Part shown: positions 13,699-26,399 of the stretch, in pieces
How the letters are laid out: each line of letters begins with the position of its first letter
Position numbering within the stretch: the stretch's first letter is position 1
DNA from: Leucoraja ocellata
Taxonomy: Eukaryota
DNA length: 64,000 nucleotides
Direction of reading: 5' to 3'
Assembly (NCBI GenBank): GCA_036785375.1
Contig: JAWMAR010000182.1
Span: 620,001 to 684,000 of the forward strand
Notes under the pieces: model-generated
Told to the model about the DNA's origin: nothing
Seen by the model: only the letters and a program-made list of their open reading frames with translations
The model's database searches: none
Translations under genes and position numbers: made by a program

Positions 13699-14579
13699 AA
13701 GAGTCAAGAGTCAATTTAATTGTCATTTGGACCCCTAGAGGTCCAAACGAAATGCCGTTTCTGCAGCCATACATTACACACAAATAGACCCAGACACAAC
13801 ATAATTACATTTTACATAAACATCCATCACATAGCTGTGATGGAAGGCCAAAAAAAACTTATCTCTCCACTGCACTCTCTCCCCCCCGATGTCAGAGTCA
13901 AAGTCAAAGCCCCCGGCTGGCGATGGCGATTGTCCCGCGGCCATTAAAGCCACGCCGGGTGGTGCGAGGTCGCACACCGGGTCTTGGTGTTGGAGCCCCC
14001 GGTGTGCGCTCGTAAAGTCCCGCGGCCGTTCCAGCCGCGCGGGGCAATGGTGTTAGGCCCCGCTCCAGGAGCTCTTCGACCCCGCAACTCGGGCGGGAGA
14101 ATTCGCCGTTGCAGGAGCCCCGAAAAGCGGTCTCTCTCTAGGGATCCGCGGGCTCCCGGCGCCGCTGTCCGCAGACCCGCAGCAGCAGCCTCCGACTCAG
14201 CAGCAGCCTCCGACTCAGCAGAAGCAGCAGCAGCAGCGGCAGCAGCAGCAGCAGTGCTCCTCCACCCGCTCCAACTGCTCCGGACTCGGCCAGCCCCGCG
14301 ACGGCGACGGTGAGTAGCACCTGAGTCCCCGGCTTCCCCCTGTTGGAGGCCGCTCCTCATTGCGGCCTCAACGACAAAGGAAACACGACGAGAGAAGGTC
14401 GGGTCTCCAGTGCAGGGAGAGATTTAAAAAGTTTCCCCCCCCCTCCCACCCCACCCCCACCCCCCCACACACACACCCCAACAAAAAATAACAAAAACTA
14501 CATTAAAACACAGACAGAAAATAATAAAAACGCGGACAGACTGCAGAGGCCGCTGCTGGCCAGAGCCGCGCCGCCTACC
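13699..14579 (-). mobile_element. Young GC/CpG-rich non-autonomous retroposon with LINE-type 3' tail
   Basis: Sharp GC island in AT-rich DNA. Minus-strand 3' end has a hairpin (TTTGGACCTCTAGGGGTCCAAA), ACAATTAAA and a (TTGACTC)n tail; internal (GCA)n tract 14180-14253; same architecture as 56030-56735. Confidence 0.7.
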
Positions 14580-14909
14580 GTCATAACAATTTAGCAAAAC
14601 TGTTATGGGACAACTAAATTGCAGGATGGGCTCAAGAGTCTGAATGAGCATAAAACGTAATACTCCAAAATCCTCCAATGTGTCAATACATAGAAATATT
14701 GTTTTTAAGTGAGACCATTCTTGAACCATTTTTTAGACTTTTCATTCTATACAAGCTAAACTTTAATGAGCCATATTACTGTCAGAGTGAAACAACTTAG
14801 TTTTTTATTTATAATTCTAATATAATTATTTTGTCAATCTAAATGCTGGATCACAAAACTTTATATTCGTGGTTTCAAATAGTCAGAGGTTGCATTCATG
14901 CACATGTAG

Positions 14910-14995
14910 TTAAGAGTCAAGAGTGTTTTATTGTCATATGTTCCACACAGAACAATGAAATTCTTACTTGCAGCAGCACAGCAGAATATGTAGAA
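14910..14995 (-). mobile_element. Isolated LINE/SINE 3' tail
   Basis: AAGAGTCAAGAGTGTTTTATTGTCATATGT...ACAATGAAATTCTTACTTGCAGCAGCAC; near-identical copy at 34738-34835. Confidence 0.75.
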
Positions 14996-16907
14996 CAGAA
15001 TATGTTGAACAACTGACACAATGGTAAGTTAAAAGGATCAATATTATTTCAAATGCAACCATAGTTGACAGAACAATGATCGCCACAGGCAAAAGTTTAA
15101 CCAAGTCAAAGTAATGGTAGTAAACAAAAAATGAAAACATTATTTTTAGTTGGTATTGTCTGTGTATTGTAGAAGAATATTACTCCGTGATCCATATGCA
15201 CATTTATTTCCAGTTCATATCATTCAGATTATATCTGTTTTATGGATATAATGTGGCTGAAGTTAAGTAGACAATTTGATTCAAATATAATCTTAATGAT
15301 TAAATTGTGGAATACCCCAGCAGATAATGTGTCTGGATAGAAATGGTTTAGACAGGAAATGTTGAAATGAACACTTTTACGGTTGGAGTTATAAAAATGT
15401 GTCAGATTCTAAAACAATAACCAAGGGAGATCTCAAAGCATGATTCAGGCACATGTGGCGAAAAATATAATTCTAGGCAAGCACAAGCAGCCAAACTACA
15501 AATGATTCTTGCGATTTAAAGATCAAGTATGATACCTCAAAATTACGATCAGAAGCCAAATATTTTCATGCAAAAGTTTTTTAGATTAATACGTAAATAA
15601 TAAAAATACTATAAAATGCACCAGGCGGTAACTTGGCAAAATCATAAATCACTGAATGTTTTCATGAGCAAACATTTTATAACCTAATGATATAAAATAA
15701 ATATATCAATCATAAATATAACCGCGGGACAGAGAATGGCAACTGCCAACTTATCCCAGATCTTTTTCACAATATTCCCAGTATATTTAAAAAATCAGGA
15801 ATTTATAAAGCATTTTATCCCTTTAAGGACTTAAAAAATAACTCACTAATTTGCTACATCAGTATATTCTTTTATTTGAGTCTATAATGTTCATTGCCAG
15901 CTATTCTCATTTCTGTTGTCAGAAATTCAATAATCGAACTGTTAGTCTTTGTCTGCGCATTCAAGACAGTCTGTATTTCAAACAGAAAATTAGTACACTC
16001 ATTGGTGTCCCCCAGCAGGACTAATGTCAAGTAAAAGAATGATCAATCAGCACTCAAACACAATGAAGTGTTCTTAACATTTCAGCAACAATGCTCAATG
16101 TGTTCACAACCACCTCCACACCGCACCATGATTGCATCCTTTCCATTTTGACCCTTGCTTTTTCACCCCTAACGTCAAACCCAAATCATTTTTTCTGATT
16201 CTCCCTTGCAGCAAGGACTGACAGGTGAGAACGAAGCCCTTGAAAATCATCCTCTCCAATTCCCTTCATACGCATCAGCCAGACAAGCCTGGGTGATTTC
16301 TAGCTACAAACTGAGAAATTACCATTTGAAAAAAGTGCCATCAGACAGTCTGTCTCGAGGGTGAAAATTAAAATCTTCTACCTTGCAAGATCCAGAGGGA
16401 ATTCATATTCACAGAATTTCAACCCTCATCATCAGAGGAGCTTGCTATAGAACTGACATCTTTTCATTTCATCAGGCTTATGCTAATTTTAATAGTACAT
16501 GCCCAACTTTAATATAGAAACAGGTTGAGCAGCATAGCATGCATGGCACACTATTCAACACTAGAAAGTATTGTTAATATAACATGCTTAAATAATTAAT
16601 TTTATAAATTATGAAATCAAACTTAATTTTTTGGTTTGAATTAAGTTTATGTTTTAAATCAAACAGGGAAAATATGAAATAGTAAAAAGTGATATTTTAA
16701 TACATATATACATTATTTTCCTGGAATATAAAAGTGACCATAAACAATGTTATAATACTCCAAGTGTTTGGTACTTATTTTAAAAATGCCCAAGGTCAGG
16801 TTAGAATTAAACCCTTGAAATCCAAGAATAGTATATTTGTTGTAGGAATTCTAAAATTGAGGCTGCAGCTCTTTTAGACTGTACATCATTTTCAACTATA
16901 TATTGAA

Positions 16908-17125
16908 CAGAGCATAACGCAAAGCACTGGAGCAACTCAGGCAGCATCTATGAAGGATTTGGATAGGCAACATTTCGGGTCATAACGCTTCTTTGGAGAT
17001 GGTCTGAAGGATTCTGACCCGAAACGTCACCGATCATGTCCTCCACCAATGCTGCTGAACCACTGAGTTACTCAAGTGCTGTGCTTTGCTCAATATTCTA
17101 GCATCTGCAGTTCCTTGTGTCCCTA
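16908..17125. mobile_element. Inverted pair of Penelope-type hammerhead repeats
   Basis: Minus arm (CTGGAGCAACTCAGGCAGCATC...CATTTCGGGTC) followed by plus arm (GTCTGAAGG...GACCCGAAACGTCACC...CTGAGTTACTC...AGCATCTGCAGTTCC). Confidence 0.75.
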
Positions 17126-17339
17126 CATAGATTTACCATTCCTGTCCTATTTTCGATACGGTTATACAGCTTGCAGCCTTCTCCAACCAAATAAAAGTGA
17201 GAAGTAAGGAAATTAATGTGCAAGCATTGCTTTGCTGCTCATGTTTATGTTGTAGTCATAAAGTAACTTAGTTCTTTGACATAATAATGAACAGATATAA
17301 ACCTGACTGAAGTGGGGGAAAAATGTCCACTCCCTGCAG

Positions 17340-17389
17340 AAAATGCACAAACGAACAAGCATTTACCTTTAACTTCATAGATTTTTATT
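17340..17389 (-). terminator. Candidate polyadenylation signal with downstream GU-rich element
   Basis: Minus strand AATAAA (17389-17384) followed about 25 nt later by GCTTGTTCGTTTGTGCATTT. Confidence 0.4.
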
Positions 17390-17912
17390 TCTAGTATTGT
17401 AGGCTTTTCATGCTTCTTGTGTATTGTTTTTATTTATGGGCTTTAGCAAACAAACCACATTAATCCGAGCTATTGCTGCTTGTTTAATTGCTTCTTGGTA
17501 AATCAACGATTTTTTAGAGAAGTTTGGCTACTAATACATTTGTAGTATTATTATAATTATTATTAACAAGATATATTATCATATCTTGTTTACAATCTGA
17601 CACAAGATATTCAATTAAACAATATCCATGGTACGTCATTGGACCTCATCAGTACCCGTTTCCTAATCGTACGTTGTACTAAAACACGCCCAGATGATGA
17701 ACTGAAGATTTAGATATATTATTACACCAAGAGCATTTTTTCTGAAGTTTAATACCTCATGTAATTTTGTATCTTTGTGGTGTTCTCACTGGAAGTATGC
17801 CCATAATTCACAGTATTTTAGTCGTCCAATTATTGCATACATCATGTCAACAACATCAACCAAGGAAGGGCATATATATTGATTTAGTCTTTTCTTTGAG
17901 ATATCCAAACAT
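17365..17912 (-). other. Candidate terminal exon / 3' UTR of a minus-strand transcript
   Basis: Acceptor TTTGTCTTTTCCTCCCACTCAATATTAG ending at 17913; early stops in all frames; AATAAA at 17389-17384 with a GU-rich downstream element. Confidence 0.45.
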
Positions 17913-18601
17913 CTAATATTGAGTGGGAGGAAAAGACAAACAGACAAAAGAGTGCAAATGGTTTTGCTGAAGGTTGAAAACGAGTGAAATGGATGATGTG
18001 CGAAACAGAAAGTAAAGATTTTTCAGCATTATTACTTGGTATCACAACTACATTTTCATGTAGAGTCAATGCAGCAGTCTAGTGGCATCTAAATGAGGGA
18101 CTAATAAATAAACTAATAGTTATATCTATCCAATAATGTACCAACTTTCATCAAGTAGCTTTTTGTTATTGTCAGCAAAATACAAAAAGTCCCCAAAGTG
18201 TGGATGTATTGTAATCATCTATGAATGTCACTTATACTTGGCTGTTCTATGACATAATTCTTCACTGCTAATTATGCATACCTATAAACTCACATACAAA
18301 CAATCCTTCTTCCTTATTTATAGAATACTTGTGCAAACTCTAGATATTCTCATCCCTTCTACACCTACATGGACTTTCTCAAAAATCAGCGAAACTAAAA
18401 CAAACCGATTTGCTTTATTTTGTCAACTAAATAGGCAATACCTTTTTAATTCACATCATAGCCAAATATTTTTTAACACGTCAATTCCAACCCATGGAAT
18501 TATTTTGTGGAATAACAGTGTTTACATTTAAAAGAGAAAGTCAATCACAAACAAAAATGAGAAATTTCTTGTGTTAAATTTACAACACTAATATTTCTTA
18601 C

Positions 18602-18731
18602 CTGATTAGTTGAAGTGGAAATTTGGTGCAAGCGATGTATTTTCAAAATTGGCATAAGAAGGTACTTTTTAAAAATAGGTTAGCTGAATTTATAAATGCC
18701 CCAGCCCATCACCAAGTAGCTGAGCAGTAAT
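18602..18731 (-). other. Candidate internal exon (130 nt), stops in all three frames
   Basis: Acceptor CCTGTTTTCAG| and donor CAG|GTAAGA, both strong consensus. Confidence 0.45.
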
Positions 18732-20259
18732 CTGAAAACAGGTGTTCTTGTGAAATAGGATTAGCCCGTAACCATTATATCATTTAAGAATACCATACAA
18801 ACTGTAACATAACAAACAGCTTAACATTTTACCTGCATCCAATCTAACAATGCTTCATTTCTTTCTTCCCCTTTTCCTCAAGGACATGGGGACATTGCAT
18901 CCACCCAGTAAACTGTGTGCATTTCTCTCCCAAATTTCATGTGTTTGATTTATGATTATTTGCACATTTGGTTATTTATTCTTTTTAAGAACAGACGTAA
19001 ACATCTACAAAGAGCTTGCAAGAGGTCTGTTTTAAATAGACATCCTGCATACCAAACAATATTTTGTAAGATACCGCAGAAATCTTAAAAGCAGTAAATA
19101 GGACGATGAGAGAAGTGGCAGGTAACTTTACACACTCACTACACTAGTGTAGTATTTTTCATTATTACTAAACGCATTATCGTATGATTTTTGTTTAGAA
19201 AGGCAAGTGGAGAAAGCAGAACCAGTCCAATAAAGGGTATAAAACAGGAAAATAGTATTTTATTTGAATCATATTTTACAAACTACGACTGTGACCATCT
19301 GCACTATGCATCACATTGAAATTGCCCCGCATTAAAAATTCACCATCAAGTGAATTTTCAAGGGATTTGCAGTAATTAGATGACAAAATGCTGGGAAATC
19401 TCAGCCGCACTGAAGATGTTACTCCGGGGTCAAAGACTCAACACTTTCAGCTGGGTAATTTGTAAGTGTCAATCACGCTCAGCCATCAGAGAACAGATCT
19501 AACGGCTGAATTCTAAGTAACTTCACAACATAGCCTTCAGCTATGAAGCCTGCTTTTGAAGTACAAGGGTATTTATTACAGAGGCCAAATTTGAAACAAG
19601 CTACATTTAAAAAAAATGCACATTATTATACCGATGTGGATTTTGAAGCACGCTGCTCATCACCAGGAGAAGCAGGGTTGAATCTATCGCCACATTCATC
19701 CTTTACAATCATCAACATCACCTCAAAAACATGAGAGCAGTAAACACATCTTAATGTTGGTAAACAGACCCTCGCCCTAAGACCAGGATCATTATCTACA
19801 TGACAAGAAGCTTACAACATGTTATTTTAAGTGGCTCACTAACACATCTGTTGTTTGGCATGATACTAAGTTCTCTTACACGGCATCAAATTTGAACACG
19901 TAATTAGCTGCGAAAAGCAAAATAGAGTATTTGTGATAGCAACCACAATTCCTTATCACAAATTAATGATGCTCATTTCAAATTGACATCTCCATTAATA
20001 GGGTAACTGCATTTTCCCTTTCCAGGTCAAATGAAACCAGACTAAACTGACATATCCTAAAGCTACAGTACATCAAATGTATTATGCAAAAAAAAAGTCT
20101 GTGTGGGTCAAAGACTATGTAAATAACATTGCAGCACCTACAGGAGAAACCTTATCCGTATTGCAACACATTGCATAATGTTTTTCCAGAAGAGTTAGGG
20201 GAAAGAGACCGAGAAAATGTTAGTTTCACATGCCATTTGAAAGTATTATAATTTTCATT

Positions 20260-20465
20260 AGAATCAGAGAGTTATACTGCATGGAAACAGGCTCTTCGGC
20301 CCAATTTGTCCATGCCGACCAAGTTGGCATTATGGGATATGCCTGCATTTGGCCCATCTCCCTCTCAACATAGAGGGATATCGACCTTCCGATCCATATG
20401 CTTGTTCAAATGACGTTTGAAAGTCGTAATTGTATCCCTTCTGTAGCTTCCTCTGGCAGCTCGTT
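20260..20465 (-). mobile_element. CR1 3' end fragment
   Basis: GGAAACAGGCTCTTCGGCCCA...TCCATGCCGACCAAG...CTGCATTTGGCCCAT...CCTCTGGCAGCTCGTT, an antisense shark-type CR1 tail. Confidence 0.7.
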
Positions 20466-23221
20466 TTATTACAAATAATAAAGTGCTTAAAAATATAATT
20501 CCCAATACCTGTACTACTTTGCACTTAACAGTTGTGACGTGGGTCGACGCAAATTTCCAGCTTGCTCTCTAGATCTTTTTGGAAAAGTAATTTATTGATT
20601 ATTCATCGTGCGTTTTCCTTTTCTTTATATCTTCTTGGACCATTACTTCAATTGTACCTTTTCCCACGTTTGGTTCTGGCTGATCTACTTTCTTTCACAG
20701 AAAACTATTTCCAACTTCTGAGTGACAATGAAGGACCAATGTACCAGAGAGAGTTAAGACTGAGCATGGTGCTTCATTAGTTTCCATTATGTTTGAATAT
20801 CGTGTCTTCAAATGTTTTTGTAATAGTCAATTGCTAATAACGTTATTGCTGAGATTTGATATTTTAAGAGAAAACTTACATTGGTTCTATGTATAGGTCA
20901 TGTACTCCCTCAATTCACCAGCTTCAGTGTGGCTCTGGCTGCCAATAGGTTAATAAAACCAAGCTAAATAGAGTGCCCTGTTTGACATATTTCCCTGTGA
21001 AGAAAAGCCTGGCATCTGTCTTTTACATTTTCACGGCAACATGGATGAGATCAGGAACTCACTGCCTTTAGGATTAAATCGATGGTGTATCATGTTTTCT
21101 AAAGAACTATGCCAATATCTTACTGTGGAAGGTCAACAATTTAAAATAATGGAGGTAATCTAGGAGCCTCCTTACAAAAACAATGGAGATATCATATTCC
21201 ACACAAGAGCCACATATCCATAAAAAGATTCTAATCCACATCTCAAACTGAATATTGTGGTCATTTATTTTTAAATGTTGAAATTGTGATATCAACTTGT
21301 GTAAATAATTAAGCTGCAAGGAAATTCATATAATATTGACATTTGTTCATCAGTATTTTTTATTTGATAATGATTTACTGATGGATGTCTTTGTTTTTGG
21401 TAAATGAATTCACAACACGCATAAATCCAATGATGGTTTACAGAGGTGCAATCAGACAAAAAATATGGAGAGTGTGGGAAGTGGGTAATGGGAAAAGGTG
21501 AGAAAATGCTTGATTGAGAGATATGCTGAGCCTTCGGAGTTTAGCATTTTTCTGTATTTTAATAAAGTTAAAATACAGAGATGTGCTTTGGAGGTGCTTT
21601 TTGCTACTGCTGGTATGTAATTAATTGTCTTTTCAACGTGTTTCCTTAAAATCTATTTTATAGTTAATGAATCTTGTGTCATTTTTCAATCATTCAATTC
21701 CCTCGCTGTAAGAGAAGGCAAATAGCCTGCCTATAGGTCATTTCCAATGTTGATAAGAGGTTGCTGTTTGCTGGAGTTTGCTGCCATATCAAGGCTCTAC
21801 CTTTGCCTACTAAGTCACTGCAATTCAAAACTAATTCATGTGTGAAGTGCTGCGATTCCCTGTCAGCATTCACAGATGTTTCATAAAGCATGAATTGTTT
21901 AAAAAAATCCCCAGCAAATGTCATCATCCAAAAGTATAGTTGCAGCAAGAAATTCTGCTCCAGAAATGCAGCACAATTTTAATGAGCTTAACCAGTTATT
22001 CGCATCCACTCCCAGTCTCAGTCTTGTAATGCCAAAATCCAATATTTTAAAGAAACTGATTAAATGAATGTAGATTAATAAACAAATGCTTAAATACTTA
22101 AAACAAGTTCAAGTTTGTGTCCTTAAATTATGACAAATTTAAATTAACTCTACTAACACCTTTCAAAATTCAGTAACCTTAAATGTATTTTTCAAGCAGA
22201 GTTGAACCATACTCTTACAGCTTGTTCAGAATGACTTAAAATGCAAAATAATTCATGAATTCTCACATCTCTTTTTTAATTGCCTCACTTTTGTAGGTGT
22301 ATTTTCACCATTCTTTTTAAATATGCAGAGGACCATTTGTCATGAATGAGTAATTACTCTGCATTATCTATGAAAATATATAAGTATGAGCACGAGCCAG
22401 TGAATAATGAACACTTATTTTATTCAAGTGTACCGATGAGTTTAGTATATAGAGGATCCACATTTGAAAGCAAATGCAGCCATTTCTAAAACAGCGAGGG
22501 TGCAAACAAGCTTGCTGTGCAATAAGTAGAATCCACATCCCTAATACTCATGAGGGAATAACTTTAAAAGAAGTCCATCCGACTCCTAGGGCCCAACAGT
22601 GTGTTTATGGCTTTCAGTATAGAAATTACAGCCATAACATATTTAAAAAAATCCACATATGTATAAAAATAAACCATCCAGAGATTTTGAACTGAGCAGA
22701 AACAGATCCCATTGTTAGATATAACTTTATATGGACTGTACATCCTAATACTCATTAACAGCTTAACAAAAAAGGTTTAAATGACTCATTAGATTCTGTC
22801 ACGTGATCAATTTCCTTGCGTATTCAGAGGTTACTCAGTGATTTCATTCTATTTCTCCACATGGATTCTTTGAGAAAAAGGAAATTCAGGTGTGATTTTT
22901 TTGACAACTGTAATGTGCTTGTAGTTGCATTAAGAAAAAAAAAAACGCATTTCATTGTGCTATGCACAATATTATTTATTGAAGCAACTTCCTAACATAC
23001 AATTAAAGTTGAAATCATAGGTGTTAAGTTTCCTTTCAACATTCCTGCATTCATTTCGATTAATTAGCCTGCAGAAGCCCACAGGTAGTCCAAGGTTTCA
23101 CTGAGCTTGCTCATTCCCTGATCTCATTCTCCACAGATCTGAAGACTGACATCTCTGGCCAGATATGGACAAGTGCCCAAATCCTGAATGGTAACACGGC
23201 ATTGAACTGGCATGGATAGCA

Positions 23222-23352
23222 GATAGACAAAAATGCTGGAGAAACACAGCGGGTGCAGCAGCATCCTGGAGCGAAGAAGGGTTTCGGCCCGAAACGTTGC
23301 CTATTTCCTTCGCTGCTGCACCCGCTGAGTTTCTCCAGCATTTTTGTCTACC
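23222..23352. mobile_element. Fold-back Penelope-type hammerhead repeat
   Basis: Arms AGACAAAAATGCTGGAGAAAC.CAGCGGGTGCAGCAGC / GCTGCTGCACCCGCTGAGTTTCTCCAGCATTTTTGTCT; centre GAAGAAGGGTTTCGGCCCGAAACGTTG; 11-bp direct repeat CATTGAACTGG at 23200 and 23352. Confidence 0.85.
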
Positions 23353-23397
23353 ATTGAACTGGTATAATCAGAAGACGTAGAACAAGGCCTCCCCTGA

Positions 23398-23685
23398 AGG
23401 ACCGGAGGGCAAAGCCTTAGAATAATTCGACAAAACTTTGGAAAGGAGATAAGGAAGAATTTCTTCAGCCAGAGGGTGGTGAATTGGTGGAATTCCTTAC
23501 CACAGACGGCGGTGGAGGCCAAGTCATTGGGTATTTTTAAAGCAGATATTAGTAAAGCCATCGAACGTTACAGGCGGAAGGCAGAAGAATGGGATTAAGT
23601 GGGAAAAATAGATTAGCCATGATGGGATGGCGAGGAAGACTTGACGGACCAAATGGCCTAATTCTGTTCCTATGTCTTACGGACC
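23398..23685 (+). mobile_element. CR1 LINE 3' end
   Basis: GGAAGAATTTCTTCAGCCAGAGGGTGGTGAATTGGTGGAATTC...GTGGAGGCCAAGTCATTGGGTATTTTTAAAGCAGA...TGGCCTAATTCTGTTCCTATGTCTTA. Confidence 0.9.
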
Positions 23686-25454
23686 ATTGGAAGCCGCTGG
23701 TTGAACCTCGTGGTTACGGACGAAGTCCCTCGAGTTTAAACATTATAACAGATTTGTTGTAATTATAACAGGGTTGCTGTAGGACTCCCCATCTGGCAAT
23801 TTCCAAGGATTGCATTGGAGAATTACCAGGTTGATTTCAATGGGTATTCAAGCTCTGCAGATAATAGGGCAAAAGGGAAAGTAAATTGTTTTGATTTACT
23901 TAGTGTGCTTTGGGTTAGCTTTTAAATTATTTCATTTAGTTTTAATAATTGTTTATAAGATTTTAATCATGTAAAATTAGTTTCTTCACATTTATGTTTC
24001 TAAATTAAATGCAACGCTAGTTTTGACAGAAAGCAAATCTCCACCTACAAGTTGGTCTTCCGTCAAAGCTAGTCGGGGGCCAGTTGCACGAGGCAATTTG
24101 AGATCAAGTTGCCAATAAAAATCTTGCCACCAAAGTTGAGGTTATTAATGCCTTGTGACATTCCAAAAGCATTCAAAATGTATTAACAATCTAAAAATAA
24201 ACAGACTATAAGACAAAGACACTTAAATCATTAAAAACAGGAAAAGCACAAATAATTAAAATTTATAACAATTCACATTTTCACTCATATTTTACAATCA
24301 CTATTCAAATAAATGAACTTAACGCTCCTGCTCCAAGTCTATCTAGGCACAGGGTCTAAGAGTAGTATAAGTGATAGTGAAGTAGAGCAAGCTTCTGCCT
24401 TATTGTTAAACTCCTTGCAAGGAATAGTGATGGCATGCAGCCAGGAAACGATTGGCAGAGCTTAGTTGGAAAGTTTAGAACTTCTGCATTTACGCTCGAG
24501 TCACAAAATTTGCTGGCTCATCAGAATTATGCATATGGTATGATGGTCGAATATTCAGTGGCATTTTCTGTCAGCAACTAACTGCCCATGTTCGCTGACA
24601 ACTACAAGTATCAGCAAAACAGAATCATCAAACTTTATTGGCAAGGTCTGGTCTAATAAATTGCTCGGTAAGATTATAAAAGACTGTGGACAAGTTAACC
24701 TGCAGAACAGCCAAAATCAAACTGAACAATGACATAGGTATAAGAGACTGAATAACATACTCCTCCTTGTGTCCATCTAGCGTTCTTTTTATTGAACTTG
24801 GCAGTGAAAGTTTACCGGGAGTGCCTTTTATATGAAAAGAAAAAGTCAGCCACTTAACATCAAATTAAAGTCAAGATTATGCTGGAACCGGTGGTCACAT
24901 TTCTACTGGTTTGTTTTTTAAGGCAACAATCTCAACAAAGCTGATTCCAGTCCTGCTGGTGATACAGCACTCAGTGTGGGGCCTTCAGAATGTAAATAAC
25001 ATTACTTATGAATGTAAATAACATTACAAAAATTCAAGCATAGAAATACTGAAATAACTCTGGGTAGGACATATAGGGTAGGTCTGATGGGCACAATCCA
25101 CTATCAAAACTGCCATAATATAACTACTGACACATTATGGGAGTTTACTATTGGAAATCAGTGGCCAGTACCTATCAGGAAACTTGAGATTTCAGAGCTC
25201 ATCACATTTGTGTGAAAACCTCTATCTTGACTATTAGTGAAATGGCAGCTGTTCTGCCTCACATGAAAAAAATAACCGACCACTACTGGAAAAAAAAACA
25301 GTCTTTCTTTTCTTCCCTATGGCCCTACATTCCTGGTATAACTTATTGCAGGATTTGGGAATTGATCCACCTGAGCAAATGCTGTGGAATTTCAATAAAC
25401 AGATCTGTGTTGCTGAACTCCTTGGGAAGTCTAATGGTAGACTGTCTTGACAAA

Positions 25455-25632
25455 AGTACTTTCTCCTGCAACCGCAGAAGATGCAATACCTGTCACTTTA
25501 CCTCCCCCCTCAACTCCATCCACGGACCCAAACAGTCTTTCCAGGCGATGCAGAGGTTCACTTGCACCTCCTCCAACCTCATCTACTGTATCTGCTGTTC
25601 CAGGTGTCAATTTCTCTACATCGGCGAGCCCA
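25455..25632 (+). mobile_element. Penelope-like (Neptune-type) GIY-YIG endonuclease fragment
   Basis: In ORF 25212-25715: TFSCNRRRCNTCHF...SFQAMQRFTCTSSNLIYCICCSRCQFLYIGE, i.e. the Cys-rich linker plus N.IY.I.C..C...YIGE. Confidence 0.85.
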
Positions 25633-26399
25633 ATGTTATGTTCTTTCTCTTATGTTCAAATCATTTTCTTATTGAACCGGAGACTGAAAATTTCCAACAG
25701 TTCACCACCACGTAAAACTGAAACCCACAGCAGATTGAAATGGTGGTGTGGTGTGCAGGGACAAAATAAATGTGGGAGCACTTCTTTCGCTGCACAACAA
25801 GTGTAAATCTACACCACGTTTTCATTGTTCTACCATGAGACCTGTGCTGAAACCTAGATTGACAGGTCAGTTTCAAAAACCTAGGTTGATGCATGTCAGA
25901 GGCCTCTTATCACACTTGTCACTTTTGCAAACTGCCTTTGCATTAAAAACAATGCTGCAATTAAGTATTTTTATGAAAAATAACCTTTTCCTTCATGTAA
26001 TTAAAATTTTAACTGTTTTGGTTCTTGTGTCTCAAGTCAAGACTCGAATATATTTATAATAAAATTAAGTTCATTTATCATTACTTCATCAGCATCAGTT
26101 TTTGTGACTGAAGATAGATTCAGGAAAAACGTGAGTAGCAATATTGAATGTATTAATGCACTAACAAAACAGGCATAATTTGTGTGTGATGGAAACCAGC
26201 TATAGATGAGATTATTGACTTGAAGAAAAACTGATGTTCTTCCAGAAAATTTCTGTGTAAATGGCCATGAGGTTAGTAGAATAAGCGAGTTTGGTATTTC
26301 AACTGCGCATGCTCAGGTCATAGGTCACTCGAGATAAACATTCTCGGCAGCTGAGCTGCTGCGTGTATGCAGACCTGCGTTTCATTGGGAGTCAACCAC

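Noticed and set aside
13944-14360. Ala/Arg/Pro-rich ORFs on both strands resembling a poly-Ala transcription factor exon
   Set aside because: They arise from GC richness and a (GCA)n tract inside a retroposon with a LINE-type tail; no domain is recognisable.
24989-25028. Short tandem duplications (also ~32455-32510) and homopolymers (poly-A ~377, poly-C ~11130)
   Set aside because: Ordinary slippage products.
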